Assembly: GCA_951804945.1 (NCBI GenBank)
Contig: OX638155.1
Coordinates: forward strand, 39,990,001 to 40,054,000
DNA: 64,000 bases
Direction: 5' to 3'
Source: Podarcis cretensis
Lineage: Eukaryota
Positions within the stretch are counted from its first letter, which is position 1, and each line of letters opens with the position of its first letter. The notes under the pieces were generated by a model, which was given only the letters and a program-made list of their open reading frames with translations, was not told the origin of the DNA and made no database searches. The position numbers and the translations under genes are program-made. Positions 1 to 12,909 of the stretch are shown piece after piece.

Positions 1-3000
1 GAGACAAACGTAGTCACAACATCAACTTTCGTTTCAAAGGGCATGGCTAATTACGAGAGGATCACTCAAAGAGAAACTAAATCTTGAGGGATATTGGATG
101 TGTTATTAAATCCGTCTTCATACATTATGAGCCACATGTTCAATCAACACAAATAAGGAGGGTGGTATCGTGGTGAAAAGCCCCGCCCCATCTATGATAT
201 TCATTGAACTATTAACCAAGTGCTGGCCCCTTCCCTTTGATCTATTCATATTTACGGTACAGCTGTACAGCTGCATACACAGCTTTGCTGAAGTCTTCAG
301 TGAACAGGCGTAGATTGGGGTGGGGCAGAGTATTCATGGATTGAAAGCCACCAGGGAACTTTAGTTGTTAGTATACACATATTTACAATAAAAAATATAC
401 ATATGGATCATAAGAAGGGCTGGTGCACAGCAGCTTCAACTGATTCAGTCACCTATTGCATCTTTCTGACCCTTGAGAGAAGCAAAGACTGCAGCTTGGG
501 AGCTACCCAACCATTGAAAATCTAGAGTTTAAGTACTATTGGGAGCCAACTATTCCCTATGGAGCGGGAAGAGGTCTTCCTGGATGAATGTTTTTTTTTT
601 CCTTTCTACCTTTGTTTATTTCCTGCAAGTTTCTCTCTGCTTATAATTATGTTTATTTCACATAGTTTGAATTTGAGAAGACACAACCCCAGTGAGAAAT
701 GGCTAACTGGTTATCTGAATGTTTCCTGAATCATGAGTTTACTTTCAGAGGAAAATACTATTGTTTATGTGAAACCCAATTCTTTCTTATGTGTGATAAT
801 TAAACTTTGCTGGTAACACAGAATTTGTGTGTTAGTCTTTACATTAAGTATTAGGAGTTCAGGGTATTTATGCATGCCTTTCAGGTCACATTATTTAAAT
901 AAAGACTAGTAGCAGGGTCAAGATAGTTCATAATGGAGGTCTCTTTTTCTATCAAGTTATGCCAACCATTCTGTTGCTATGACCAACAGCCATAAACCAT
1001 GCAAAAAAAATTCCAAATTGGCACAAACAATTACAACTGAAATACAGTGGAATATAGTAAGATTTCGACGCCTATACCAATGCACTTTTTTGTCTGAAAA
1101 AAGTGAAAGACATCCTTTCCAATATGATTTGCCATATTTAGTTGAAATATATATGAGCCCTAAGAAACAAGGAAATTGTACCACACACAGCCAGGATAAG
1201 TATTCTAGATTACTCGATGGAATTTGCATACTGCTTCCAATAAAATGCTAGGCAAATCATTGGAAAAGCAATGAAGTCTCACCATGATTTAAAAGCCCTA
1301 TTAGGAATTGACAACTGAAAATCTGGAATGAAATCTAATAATGGTAAATCATTTATAACAAGCACTAATATTCTACCATGCACATTTTTTAATGGGGCTG
1401 CCACAGCATGTGTCCCTTATGGCATCTTGCACAGCACAGGACCCATAACTAAACATTTCTGAGCACCCTGCATGTTCAGGGTGCAAGTGAGCATGCATGC
1501 TAGTGGCGAAGTATATCACAATGCTGTTTTCAATGACAACTGATACAGGTCTGACTCTTTAATGAATTGTGTTGTTATTTATCCATTTTCTTTGTGCTCT
1601 TATCCTGGGATAGTCTCGAAATCTGATGAAATTACTAAGGCATGTTTCCTTGCAAAAAAAGAAGCTTGTGTTTGCCAGCAGATGGAAAGCAGTCTGAGGC
1701 TTGAGAGAGCAAGCATAATGGATGACTATAACTAATTCAGGTCTGCATCACCCAGGATGCCCAACCAGCAGATGGTTAGCAATCCCCATGGTTTTGCAGT
1801 CCCAGGAAGGTGGTGTAGTGAAGTATTTGATAAACCACCATACATGGCTGATATGGCATATTGAGCTTAACAGATCACAAGTGCAGGGTTGCCAGGGTTC
1901 AAACAGTGAAAATCTGGACAGAAAAGTTGTTGAGCTCCACCCCCCCCCCAACATTTAGCTAGTTTCCACCCAGACACTGCAGCCGACTGCAGTATTCTGA
2001 ATATGTCTGGGAAATTTCAGATGTATGGCAACCCTACACAAGTGATGCTGGCCTCACTGTAATGCAATACACTGGAGAAGTAAATTCCATAAATTGCACT
2101 CTGTTATGAGTATACCCTATATCTCATTTTTTGTCTGTGTGGAATGTGTGTGCCCTGTGCTTCATGTATTTCCTATTGAGGGAAATGGTTCCAGAAACAA
2201 AGGCTCCCCTCCTTTTGGATGCTTTGAAGAATTGGAAAACAGAACAAAATACAATTTCCTCCAGATGAAGGATTTAAAGTGATGAGCAGCACAATCTACC
2301 TTAGTTGACTGATTCACAGTAACTAGCCCACTAGATTCCATACCATTTAGATTCCATACCATTTAAGGCTATGCACACATAATACCCCCAAAAACATGAC
2401 ATGATAGTGCCATTGTTGCCTGCAGTATAAGCATTAATTCTTACGTTGTGATAAAGTCTGTGCTCAGTCAGGTCTTCCTGGTATATATCGCATTCAAAAA
2501 CTGTGAGCCTGTTTGACTACAGATGTTACTGAGAAAGCAAAAGCAAAACAACACAGTGGACCAAAGACTATAATGATTCTATATTGCCATATCTCTGAAA
2601 AACTACCATCTATACACAGCTCAAAGTAAAGAAACTGCTTCTAGTGACTTTTAAATAACAACAACTACTCTTACATAAGGGTACTCAATTGCATTGTCCT
2701 CTCGATGGCTCACAAACACAAAATATTAACACACAATAACATAAAAGAATCATATAATAAAATAGCAACTTGTGACCTAAAGATTTCCAGCAAAGAGCAG
2801 AAAAAAACCAGATAGCTTAAAAAAAATAAAAAAATACACAGCACATAAGCAATGGTTCAAAACAAAAATATCACAGGTTCTGTAAAAGACCTGGGAAGGA
2901 GAAAAAAGTCTTTAAAGTGTTTTTAAGTAACTGAAATTGATGTACATTAATTTAATTTTATGTTTGATGTACCCCATGCTGGAATTGTTTGTCTGATGAC

Positions 3001-4844
3001 AGACAAGTAAAGAATAAAAATATATAAAGAAATAAAGAAAATAAGGAAGGTGTTAGGTGAACCTATCAGGGGAGGAAATGCTACAACCAGGGTACCAACA
3101 CCAAGAAGGCCACTTCCCTGGTGCTCAGCTGCCTCACTTCACATGTTGAAGGCTCCTGGATTGGATATCCTTCAGATGATATCATGGTTTGGATAGGTAT
3201 ATGACAGAGAATGCCCTTACTTTTAAACAGGACTTGTGGGCTATCATGAATAGTAAAACCTTCCTGTGTTTTATTCCATATTATCGTGTTTTATTCCATA
3301 TTATTGGGTTTATTTTTTGGAGGGATATAACAGCAAACCTGCAATGCATCTCATTAGCTGCAATTTTAACAAGTTTACAGTCACAGAAGCTTTTTTAAAA
3401 ATGGCATTGTTAGTGGAGTCCCTAAGAAATAATAAAACATTTCCCAGCCAGATGGCTCAGTCACACTAAAGGAGTTGAGAGAATAAAGCTCTGCAAAGTG
3501 GAGCAATTAAGAGAACTGCCAACCGGCATGCTACCTATCCTGTTTGTGACCTCCCAAATCTCTGAGGTTATTGAGAGAATTTGCAAGAAGCTGCATCTAA
3601 ATGGGACCGGCTTAAATCCTGCTTTTATTTATTTACTTATGCATATGTGCATATTATATTTAAATGGACACACACATACACACACATCCTTGCAAATTTT
3701 AAACTAAAGCATCCTAGGAAAGATAGCTCAATCATATGGCTTCAGCGAAAGTCCTGCACAGATGTATCCTGGCCTCACAACATTTTTAAAGAAGCACAAT
3801 TAAATATTTGAGCAGAAATAAGGATTCACGTCAAAAGCTGTGAAAGTGATTAATTTCCTAGACGTGCCTGCTGTGCATTCGAGCTTCATAATTTGTCAAG
3901 GAAAAAGGACCATTAGGTGTGATTTATGAATTTAAAAAGAATTGTTCATTTCAGCTGCATCAGGTACAGAAACGTTGTTGTGAGGAATCTGCTAAACTGT
4001 TCTCATGTACGCACATAGGAATTGAACAATAAATGAAAGGTTAAAAGTTGGCAGAGTAAGCCCATGAAAGATTACCACGTCTGCCCCGCAGTAACCTTGT
4101 GGTGATTCATGAGATAGCCTGAACGGTTAAGATTTTGCTGTGAATCTAAGAGATATAAATGGTTAATATCTCTAAAACTTCAGTACTTTAGCATGGTAAC
4201 ACTTCATAGTACGGGGAGAGAAATGCTAATGGATCTGAAAAGGTAAAGATGCTCCATCCAACATGGGTTGGAATAGATAACCTGTAGAAGGAAGAGCAGT
4301 AGAAGAAGAATCTAAAGAGGCTTATCTGGAATGGATGGCACAACAGGGACATAACAAGGGTGCACAAGGCCCAGGAGTTTCTGAACAATGTGGGCATATT
4401 ACATATGAGTGTGGGCATTCCACAATTATAGCAGGTTCTTAATAACATTGGAGTGCTCCTGTGGTTCAGGCATATGTTGAATCCAGAAAGGTATCCACAC
4501 ACGAGAGATGTGCTAAGCAGAAATAATTGGTGATGTGCCAGGTTGATTGAAAATCATCAAAAATTCTCTGTTCTATTCCCAGAGATAGGTGATTCTTAGA
4601 ATTGCATGCTTAATAAAGATCCTTGAGGCTATGAAGAGTCTGATTGAGAGAACTTTGAATCAAAAATGCTTGTCTATGTATATAAATCTGAGAAAGGGGC
4701 AGTATTTTATCTGATGCTTATGTGGAAATACATGTCTTGGAGATCCAGGGCCAGAAATTACACAACAGAAGAATCATGGGCCAGAGGGAGAGGGAGCTTT
4801 CCTCAATGTTTCCGTCTCACAAGGGAATTTATACTGGACCCTTA

Positions 4845-5207
4845 AGGAAAGAAGAAAAAGCCCTGGAGAAGAATAGCTGCAAAAATTAATGAAATATGCA
4901 GAAATGGTGAAACTTACCGAAAGAATAAGAAATCATGATAACAAACTTTTTATTAAGAAATGAAAATGGTTTGTTGAATATTTACAAACAAATTACAAAC
5001 AGATTAAGAAATTAGCAGGACTACTGGAAAAACCTGCAGTTTCTTTGCTATCTATCTATATATCTATCTGAATAGATTGAGACAATTTGGGATATGCAGG
5101 GAGAGATGAAAACAATTTTAAGGAACTGCAGAAAGAGAGGGAGAGAAGTTGAGATTCAAAATGTCAGAATTACTGTTGATTGTTTTCTGAAATGTTTTCT
5201 TTTTTCT
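4845..5207 (+). mobile_element. L1 LINE 3' fragment (ORF2 C-terminus plus 3' UTR)
   Basis: Translates EE*LQKLMKYAEMVKLTERIR...FIKK*KWFVEYLQ, typical of squamate L1 ORF2 ends, followed by a G-rich then T-rich UTR running into the gap. Confidence 0.7.
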
Positions 5208-5484
5208 NNNNNNNNNNNNNNNNNNNNNNNNNNNNNNNNNNNNNNNNNNNNNNNNNNNNNNNNNNNNNNNNNNNNNNNNNNNNNNNNNNNNNNNNNNNNN
5301 NNNNNNNNNNNNNNNNNNNNNNNNNNNNNNNNNNNNNNNNNNNNNNNNNNNNNNNNNNNNNNNNNNNNNNNNNNNNNNNNNNNNNNNNNNNNNNNNNNNN
5401 NNNNNNNNNNNNNNNNNNNNNNNNNNNNNNNNNNNNNNNNNNNNNNNNNNNNNNNNNNNNNNNNNNNNNNNNNNNNNNNNNNNN
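5208..5484. other. assembly gap (N run)
   Basis: 277 Ns. Confidence 1.
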
Positions 5485-6924
5485 CTTGAATGAGTCCCCC
5501 ACTCTCCTTCATTGAGAAGAAAGTTGCATGAACTGTTTTCATCATTGAATACCCTCTCTTCAATTTCTCATTCCACTTCCAAGATTGAGGAAAGACAACA
5601 GCAATGAAACCAAAACTATCCAACGTCCCTTGTTGGTAGAGAAGTGGTTCCCATGGAATTATTGACAACTTCTGCTGGAACCTTTCTAATATGGATGTTT
5701 GTTCTGCCAGGAGCTAAAGCACGTTTAGCCTTAGATAGAATAATCATGATCAGCAGGACCAGGTCTTGCTTCAGGAGTCAATGCTGATGAACAGCCTTCA
5801 TACCTGCCTTTGTTTTGGCCAGCTTAGAAAGCTTGCTCAGATCCCCACACATTGGGGATTTCTTAGGCACCTCCTTATTGGGCTTTATGGAGGTTGGGGG
5901 CATCTATCTGAAGGAAAAGATATGTGCACCTTGTGATCTCAAAGCTTCCCAAAATCTAACAAACTGTAATGCCTGCTCATTGTGGGTGGGAGGCAGAGTT
6001 GTAGTGCCGCTGAACTGACCCTGGGAAATACCTTCAAATGCAGGAAAGTAGGCCTGGCTGATTTTGACTCAAAGCCAGAATTGAAACAGCAGCGTCTTAA
6101 GGATTCCAAGAGGTCTCCCTAAGAGATTGATCCTGGTCCTATGGGCCCTGGGATGCTAGCTGTGTAGAGGGGGAAGGAGAAGGAGAGGTATGTTGTTTGG
6201 AGAAGCAGAAGAGAAAGCAAAAGAGTGAAGAACATCAGGTTGAAGAGAGAGACAAGAGAGAGCAGCAGAGGGAAGAAGAGTGATTTTGGAGGAAGGCAAG
6301 GGGAAGCAGAAGAGTGGAGAAGGCAATCAGGAAGACAAATGAGAAAAGGAAAAAGAAGGGACAAATAGAGCAGCCTCCACCACTGAAAAATAGTGAAACT
6401 CACAGCAGGGAACAGGAGTAACTGTCCAAGGAACTGTGAAAGTGACTTTATGGTACTGACAGACCTAAGTGAAAGTTAGGATCAAAACTTATATTGCATT
6501 TGGCCTATATGGTTGTATTTGCTATTTGGTTATTCATTTCTTGATATCTGGGGAACAATATGAAACACTCCACTTCAGGAGCATATGCTGGCAGTAGATT
6601 CCACACAGCTGGGCAAGGAGTCACCTCCACATCTTATCCAAACTCCCTCCCTGCATATTGCTCTGTCCATTAAATATCTGCCTGTCTATAACTATATATT
6701 TGACCCTCACCTTAGTTACTAAACCTTATGGCTTTACAGCACCTTAGCAGTTTTAGAGAAGGACATAAGAGAATAACTTTAAAACCTGGATTTTCTCTCC
6801 ACCCTAGCTTGCTTAGTAAACTTTTGGCAAACTGTATGTGCCCCTAAATCTATAGCAAGTTGGGCCGTGGTGGCATCATCAAACTGGGCTTCTTCGCCCC
6901 ACACTCTTCACACTTTCTTAAGAT

Positions 6925-7087
6925 CAGTGGTGTAGCGTGGGTTGTCAGCACCCGGGGCAAGGCAAGTAATTTGCGCCCCCTAACCCGTGGATTATAGTAG
7001 GGGCAGAGAGCTGCGAGTGCGAGCGCGCCCCCCCCGATGTTGCGCCCGGTGTGGCCAGCCCCCCTGCACCCCCACGCTACGCCACTG
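6925..7087. mobile_element. hAT MITE (CAGTGG-type TIR)
   Basis: TIRs CAGTGGTGTAGCGTGGG / CCCACGCTACGCCACTG; perfect 8-bp TSD CTTAAGAT. Confidence 0.92.
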
Positions 7088-8933
7088 CTTAAGATGTCCC
7101 ACTACTTGAATCAATCAACAGCTGAATATTGCCTCATGATGAGAACGAACACAAATGAACTGTGATTTTCACTCTTGCTCAGAAAAGAGAAGACACAGCT
7201 CTTTGTTCCATGATGGGTAAAGATGAAGTAAGTGGACAATGCACCAAGTCTACCCCTTGACTGAGATGCTTTACCTCAAAAGATCCCTGTCAGGTGAATA
7301 AGAAAGAGCACTGTGGGCACCAAACACTCCAGAAGGTTCTGGAAAGTGGGCTGTGCAAGCACCGCCTGCACACTGTGAGTCAATACAAAGTCCATGATGG
7401 ATAACTTGACTTGTTTATGGAGCAGAATAAATCAAATTTTAGTATAAACGGTATAAAATGATACTGACAGTATAAAAGCAGCATGGGAAATTAAGTTAGG
7501 CAGAATTAAATTATCCCATCTGAAATTAAGCCAGATTCTGCCCTCAATTAACATAGCACAACCCCCAAAATCGATGGATGGAATTTGGCCAGAATTTGCT
7601 TGAACCCCTAATGCCATAGGACTTAATAATTAAGAGTGGTCAGGACCTCAGTTTTGTGCATCATCCAAAGACATATTAATGTACTTTCTATTATAAAAAA
7701 ACAATCAATATATTATCTTTAAAATGCTGACTGCTGCAGAATTGCTTCCAGTTTTCTAAATTCCAAGAAAGTAGCATCTGACTTCTCCCTAAGTCTAGAA
7801 TAAACACCAATCTTTCACTTTTTGGCCAGTCATTGGATATGCCCACACTATCAGAACTTTAATTCTACAGTGAACAAATTTAAGTGAATTGGTAAACTAG
7901 TGGCTTAAACTGGCTTAATCCAAGATGTAGGTAACAATCCTGCAGGTAGTTCCATGTGCTGCAGTCCCGACTGAGCAGTCCTGAGTATATTACAGCCGGA
8001 ACAATGGGAAACCTGAGACTTCTCTTAAGAAAAATGTGTCTTGAATCTAAAAAGAAAGTCTTATTACAATTAAATGATGCATTGTAAACACCTAGCCCTC
8101 TTTCTCCTCCCATCCACCTGTAAGCAAGGGGTAAGTAATTATGCTTTTGACATTTTCAAGGAAGTCACTTGTCAGTAGGTGTTTTATTTCATAGTAATAA
8201 GAAGCTCATGCAATTTACCAAACATATACATTTTTAATGGATCTAGATATAAAATTGCACTGGTTATTTACTGTCATATCTAATTGGAATATTTTTTTTA
8301 AAAAATCAAGTGTTTTCTAATTATTGTCTATATTGCTCTTGGTATTAGTTTTATAGATCTTTAAGGCTTTGGGACCATAAGGCCTAGCTAGCTTGACCAT
8401 AAATGATTAGCCCTTTTTTTCCTTTTCTTGTGAAAACCAATTTAAGTGAAGATGTGCACCATGCCCACAGGCCAACAGAGCTGAATTAATGAACCTTAAA
8501 TGAATTGTTAATTTTTTTTTACAGGCAAGTTCTGAAGCATGCCAAGTTTCAAACTACAGAGAGGCCCTGAAACAATTTTGTACTTGCAAGTGAGTGAATT
8601 ACAGAAGCTGGTTCTGGTTGGTCCAGTCATCCCTTTGCAAGGACACCACAACAAGATTTAGCAGAGAACTCCACTCCTAAGGGTGGGCACTGACAACCAT
8701 TTTCACTTCAGAGTGATTTTTGCTGTCACTTTTTGATGAGCTCCATGGGCATACACTTACTTCCCCCCCCCCCCACTAATAGGGGTTTGTGGATGTGTCG
8801 TCACAAGGGAGGCCCTGTGGAGATTGCCACTTTTCCTAGCATGGCTTCGTGCTTCTATAGCTGCCTTGCTGGCAGAAGGTGGTAACGCATAACCTGTTAA
8901 AGGTCTACCTGTCATGCAGCTGTTAAAGGTGAA

Positions 8934-8963
8934 ACTAACTAACTAATTAACTAACTAACTAAC
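8934..8963. repeat. (AACT)n microsatellite
   Basis: Read directly. Confidence 0.85.
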
Positions 8964-9497
8964 AAACCCCGCATGAGGACCCCAGCTCAAAAGTTTGTGA
9001 AAACCGTCCATTAGACCATTCCTCATAGAAGTTGCACAAGAAGTGGCCCACAGTTCAATAGAATAGAATGAACATCTTCTAGCTGATAATGGTATTTATT
9101 CATTAAAAGTAACAGAGATTTTTCAAACTGAAATATTATTTGGCCTGGTTGGGGACAAAAATTCATTGTGGTCTAAAGTTATTTTCTTCTGGGAAGGGGA
9201 AAAGTTAACGTGTACAGGACTTTAAGATTGCGGTCACATTTTGCAGGGGAGTTCAGATTAATTTTTGGACAACCGGTTTATATGCAAGAAATTAATTTTA
9301 CAAATCCAGAGCATTTCTGAAGCAGACCTGAGTACACACAGTGATGAGAGAAGGTACAGGTGTGGAGAAGGGAAATAAAATTGGTCAAACCATGGCCCAT
9401 TTCTCTAGTAACCTTGATAACATATAAATGATTTGAAATGCATTGTCATTCATTTGCATACTTAATGTTTATCCGATAACAATTACAATCTAAGTAC

Positions 9498-9668
9498 CTT
9501 GCTTTCTGCCTCTTTTAATTTTCTTCTTAGATCTTCAATCCGAATGCTCAGCTGCTTTGCTTCTGCCTTATGCTGCTCTGCCTTCTTTCTTGTTTGTGTC
9601 AGTTCTGCCAATATGTCTTGGTCCTGCTTGTATAGCTCACCATCACTGCACGGCAGATCCACAAAGTC
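9498..9668 (-). CDS. CCDC102B: CCDC102B coding exon 6 (171 nt; DFVDLPCSDGELYKQDQDILAELTQTRKKAEQHKAEAKQLSIRIEDLRRKLKEAESK)
   Basis: TTGTTATAAG| acceptor, AAG|GTACTT donor, 57 codons, phase 0/0. The AELT...AE.K.L..R.E.L coiled-coil pattern matches the penultimate CCDC102 exon. Confidence 0.88.
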
Positions 9669-10932
9669 CTTATAACAAATCCAACATAAACACTGAATCA
9701 GCGGGGAAAGTAAACATGTTTTGGCGACTACATCCTCCAGTTCTGATAATATGGTGAATTGCTCAGGTGCAATGCCTTACAAATCAGGGTAATTACACTT
9801 CCATACGCATTTGCAATGGGAGTTTTTGGAGGCAAGCACCCAATTCATATGGTTAAACATAGACATTCACACATCCATCCATTTCTATATGGGTTGCTGC
9901 TAAAGTGAATTTTGCATTATTCTGACCAATTTTGAAGAAAACCCTAAGAGTTTTGATTTAAAAAAAATACTGGCAACATGTTTCAGGAGAGTATACAAAT
10001 GGAATGAATGTGATTCCTATTTAGGGACTGTGTTCCAAAGTATAATGATCGTAAAACACTGTTGTGAAGAAAAATATTGGGGTAGTTTATAATGGTATTC
10101 TATTGGCTCTGATGCCGGCAAAGGAAACATCTCCATTGGTGTCTAGCCTCTTCTCCTGCTGTAGCTGCAGGGAAATGTCAGGGTCGTCTATGATAATGTC
10201 AGGAGTACAGCTGTGGAAAATTAAATGACATTTTAATCAAGAGACACCAGAGCTGTTACATTTATACTGAAGAATCTTTCCATCCATGCATTAGAGCCTC
10301 TGCAGTTCTCATTTCAACCCAATATTAAAATAAAGTTCTTCTGCCTCTGGAACATTTTAGTAAATGAAAATCTGTGCACACACCTGCTTTCTTCAGCCAA
10401 CTTCTCATTTAAGTCAAGTATGCACTTTCATGACTCATTGAGCCTTCTCCTCAGTATTAAAGCAATAATAATTTCTTCATAAATTGCAAAGGGGCTCCAA
10501 CCCAAACAGTGGAACAGCTAGCTCAAGGATAACCAAGCTAAAAAGTTTTGTTCTTGATAGTACTAATGTGCATGGTATCTTCCAATCGTCATCATATTTA
10601 AGTGTTTTCCTCCGGTTGTTTTTAAGAATTCCTAGTGAGATTGCTTTGGAAAGGGATAAGTGCATTGCATAGAAGGATAGTAGCCAGAAGGAATTGGGGG
10701 TGACGAGTTATCACCAGAGAATCAGCTTACAAACTCAGGACATGGACTCAAGCATTTGTAGTTAAAACATCAGGGGTGTGATGCAAACTGGACATTAAGG
10801 GCATCGCCTAGTGTGTTAGAATGTGGCCCCTGTGAAATGCCTGTGTGTGTGTGTGTTGTACAGGGGTGAATATTTAAAGCTCAGCCTGGATAGGATGGAG
10901 AAAAAGTCAAACATAAAGGCAGATGGGAAATA

Positions 10933-11167
10933 CAGTGGTACCTCGGGTTACATATGCTTCAGGTTACATACGCTTCAGGTTACACTAACCCAGAAATAGT
11001 GCTTCAGGTTAAAAACTTTGCTTCAGGATAAGAACAGAAATCGGGCTCTGGCGGCGCAGCAGCAGAAGGAGGCCCCATTAGCTAAAGTGGTGCTTCAGGT
11101 TAAGAACAGTTTCAGGTTAAGAACGGACCTCCGGAACGAATTAAATACTTAACCTGAGGTACCACTG
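10933..11167. mobile_element. Tigger/pogo-like MITE
   Basis: TIRs CAGTGGTACCTCGGGTTA / TAACCTGAGGTACCACTG, TA TSD, internal GCTTCAGGTTA repeats. Confidence 0.92.
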
Positions 11168-12489
11168 TAGCAAGTTAGGAATGGATGAATCAGGCTCAGC
11201 TTGGTTTGTGCAGGTTTTGCACACTATCAATAGTATGGTCTAATCCACATTACCACCCAGATATTTCTGCTTCTTGCTTCCTCATGTTTCACATGACACA
11301 TGTCTAGCAATGCCACCACTTTTGCTCTTAATTCCATGATTTCTCAGACCACTTATAGGAGGACTTTTTAAAAAAACAAAACTGAGATTATCGCTCATGA
11401 GCTATAGATTTCCATGTGAACCACCCAAACACTTTTATTGCTATTTTTAGTGCTTTTGATTGTTCATAACATTTTTAATGCTATTTCTCAATGCACACCT
11501 CCATCTGTGCTTCATTGGGAAACCCTTCCCCACAAAACCTCACTTTTAAGAGGGATTGTTAGGAGAAATGAGTATGATTGTGATCTCGTTCTTTTTGGCA
11601 GCACAGCTCCCCACCTCAGCCAATATAGCCCAAAGTGAGTCCTTATTGAACATGAAATGCTGGGTCCTTGTAAATGGCTGGGGATGGGGCCAGAAGCCCA
11701 CCCTTTCCAGGAACTCTTGGTGTAGCTGGGCCATGGGAAAGGTAGATTTCCCCTCAGTTATTTAACTCTCTCAGGTTAATGAGATGGGAATCTTGCCCTT
11801 AACTTGCATAAGGAAAAATATCTTGGATACCTGAAAGTAGTCTGTGGAGAGGGGGACCTCCCCACCCCTACCACTAGTGAACTTAGGGTAAAAGGGTTCT
11901 TGCTGTGGGGCAGAAATCCCCACAGGCATTTATGTGGGTCTAGCCTCTTCTGTCCCCCTGTGCAAGTTCATGAAAGGCCAGCACAGCTTTCAGTCTCTCT
12001 GCAGATGTATTGTTTAAAATGTTGATGAAGTTGTGACGCTCAGTTTACGTGCTTCTTTTTGCCAGACTATGGGTGCCGTCAGGCCCGTGCAGAATGGTAA
12101 GGTGGGGCAGATGGGTACACTTGCCCCGGGCCTCAGAGGACTAAGCCAGCCAGCCCCCCCCCCCCCCGAATGGGACAGCCGTGCAGTTGACACTTTTACC
12201 AATCAACATGCCATAAATATTCATGCTGATTTGAAGAATTCACTGAGCCATCTAGTACACAAATGCAGCAGGTGAGGCAGCAACAAAACGAGACAGTGAA
12301 AGCCACCATTTCTCCAAGACACCATGCAGAGCCATGGAAAACAAGAAACAGGGCAAGGATAAAGCAATGATTTTGTTTTGCATTATGCTCTATAGTCTAG
12401 CAAGCCCTCTTCCCCATTAGGAGCAATCCTCTGGTCACAGAAGGGAAGTTGAAAGATGACATGATGGAACCAAAGCTTTTTTGGTAGTA

Positions 12490-12909
12490 CAGTGGTGCCT
12501 CGCAAGACGAAATTAATCCGTTCCATGAGTCTCTTCGTCTAGCGGTTTTTTCGTCTTGCGAAGCAAGCCCATTGACGGCTTAGCAGATTAGCGCTTTTAG
12601 CGGCTTTTAGCGGCTTTTAGCGGCTTTTAGCGGCTTTTAGCGGCTTTTAGCGGCTTTTAGCGGCTCATCGGCTTAGCGGATCAGGTGATAAGCGGCTTAG
12701 AAAAAGGAAAGGAAAAAAAGGAAAAGGAAAAAAGGAAAAAAAGGAAAAGGGGGAAAGGAAAAAAAATCCGCAGGAACTCGCAATACATTTTCGTCTTGCA
12801 AAGCAAGCCCATAGGGAAATTCGTTTTGCGAAGCGCCTCCAAAACGGAAAACCCTTTCGTCTAGCGGGTTTTCCATCTTGCGAGGCGTTCGTCTTGTGGG
12901 GCACCACTG
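12490..12909. mobile_element. Tigger-like MITE with internal (CGGCTTTTAG)n and GGAAAA-rich tracts
   Basis: TIRs CAGTGGTGCCTCGCAAGACGAA / TTCGTCTTGTGGGGCACCACTG; TA TSD. Confidence 0.9.

Noticed and set aside
5094-5668. ORFs spanning N runs (also 23325-23775)
   Set aside because: Artefacts of the assembly gaps.
7648-7668. Minus-strand LDDAQN, resembling the start of the last CCDC102B exon
   Set aside because: There is no AG acceptor or polypyrimidine tract immediately upstream and a TGA follows at once; the real terminal exon probably lies beyond position 1.
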